From an uncultured bacterium (GTDB lineage Bacteria; Patescibacteriota; Minisyncoccia; Phycocordibacterales; GWA1-40-21): DNA of 64,000 nt. This document shows, piece after piece, positions 63,773-64,000 of this stretch. A program made the position numbers and the translations under genes. The DNA is taken from positions 28,339-92,338 of the forward strand of contig CAIKXY010000002.1 of NCBI GenBank assembly GCA_903831595.1. The letters run 5' to 3'. How positions within the stretch are numbered: position 1 is the stretch's first letter; every line of letters begins with the position of its first letter. Under the pieces are notes generated by a model. It had not been told where the DNA came from and searched no databases. It saw only the letters and a program-made list of their open reading frames with translations.

Positions 63773-64000
63773 ATGGGAAAACGATTAAACATAATAAAAC
63801 TTTCTTCCTTAGTACTGATATTATTTTTTATTGTTTGGATATTTTCTAACATAGATACAAAAGTTGAAATTCAAAACGAGGAAATAACCGCGTCCTCTAA
63901 TGTAACGATATCTACTACAACAGATAAAAATGTTCAGCAAGATTTAGTGTCTGTCATTTCTGTTGTAGACGGAGATACAATAAAAGTTTTAATTGAAGGA
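63773..64000 (+). CDS. Thermonuclease (SNase-like) family protein, N-terminal part; continues beyond the window
   Basis: Signal/TM segment, then VISVVDGDTIKVLIEG, the SNase N-terminal signature. Confidence 0.45.
   Translation, partial: MGKRLNIIKLSSLVLILFFIVWIFSNIDTKVEIQNEEITASSNVTISTTTDKNVQQDLVSVISVVDGDTIKVLIEG

Noticed and set aside
1-64000. Searched for CRISPR arrays and cas genes
   Set aside because: No series of regularly spaced direct repeats and no Cas-like proteins were seen. The only repeat families found are the tRNA-fragment copies, the X/Y elements and the reused terminator stems.

Overview
This 64-kb window is AT-rich (roughly 30% GC by eye) and is built like a reduced-genome bacterium. 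The gene content is consistent with a Patescibacteria/CPR-like organism (inference). Housekeeping genes include a partial L-lactate/malate dehydrogenase, a TrmH/SpoU-type RNA methyltransferase, a MurE-like Mur ligase, a MurNAc-L-Ala amidase, Fpg/MutM, RuvA, ribosomal protein S20, TpiA, RecJ, a DedA-family protein, RluA, ribosomal protein L19, a PduO-type cobalamin adenosyltransferase and the pilus genes PilM/PilN/PilO. Interleaved with these are five tRNA genes (two tRNA-Arg, and tRNA-Ser, tRNA-Val and tRNA-His), three paralogous TrmB-family regulators and several accessory islands. The first island is a 1535-aa giant ORF inserted into the 3' end of recJ, with a decayed copy of the recJ tail left behind. 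The second holds two giant, modular surface proteins of 2663 and 1500 aa with DUF285, LamG, beta-helix and Ig-like domains. The third is a cell-surface module: an ECF sigma factor, two DUF3494 ice-binding-like secreted proteins (one LPXTG-anchored) and a sortase. The fourth is a higher-GC two-gene island. The fifth is an integrated element beside tRNA-His carrying DUF3892, XRE/ImmA, a large serine recombinase, an HNH nuclease and a fused C5/N6A DNA methyltransferase. Other notable points are tRNA 5'-fragment duplications upstream of two tRNA genes, a CYTH-uridine kinase-CYTH tri-domain protein, a YqgF/tRNA-binding-domain fusion, a periplasmic binding protein pseudogene, and several GC-rich structured or repeated noncoding elements. 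All calls rest on reading the sequence and ORF track by eye and on remembered family motifs. No searches were run.
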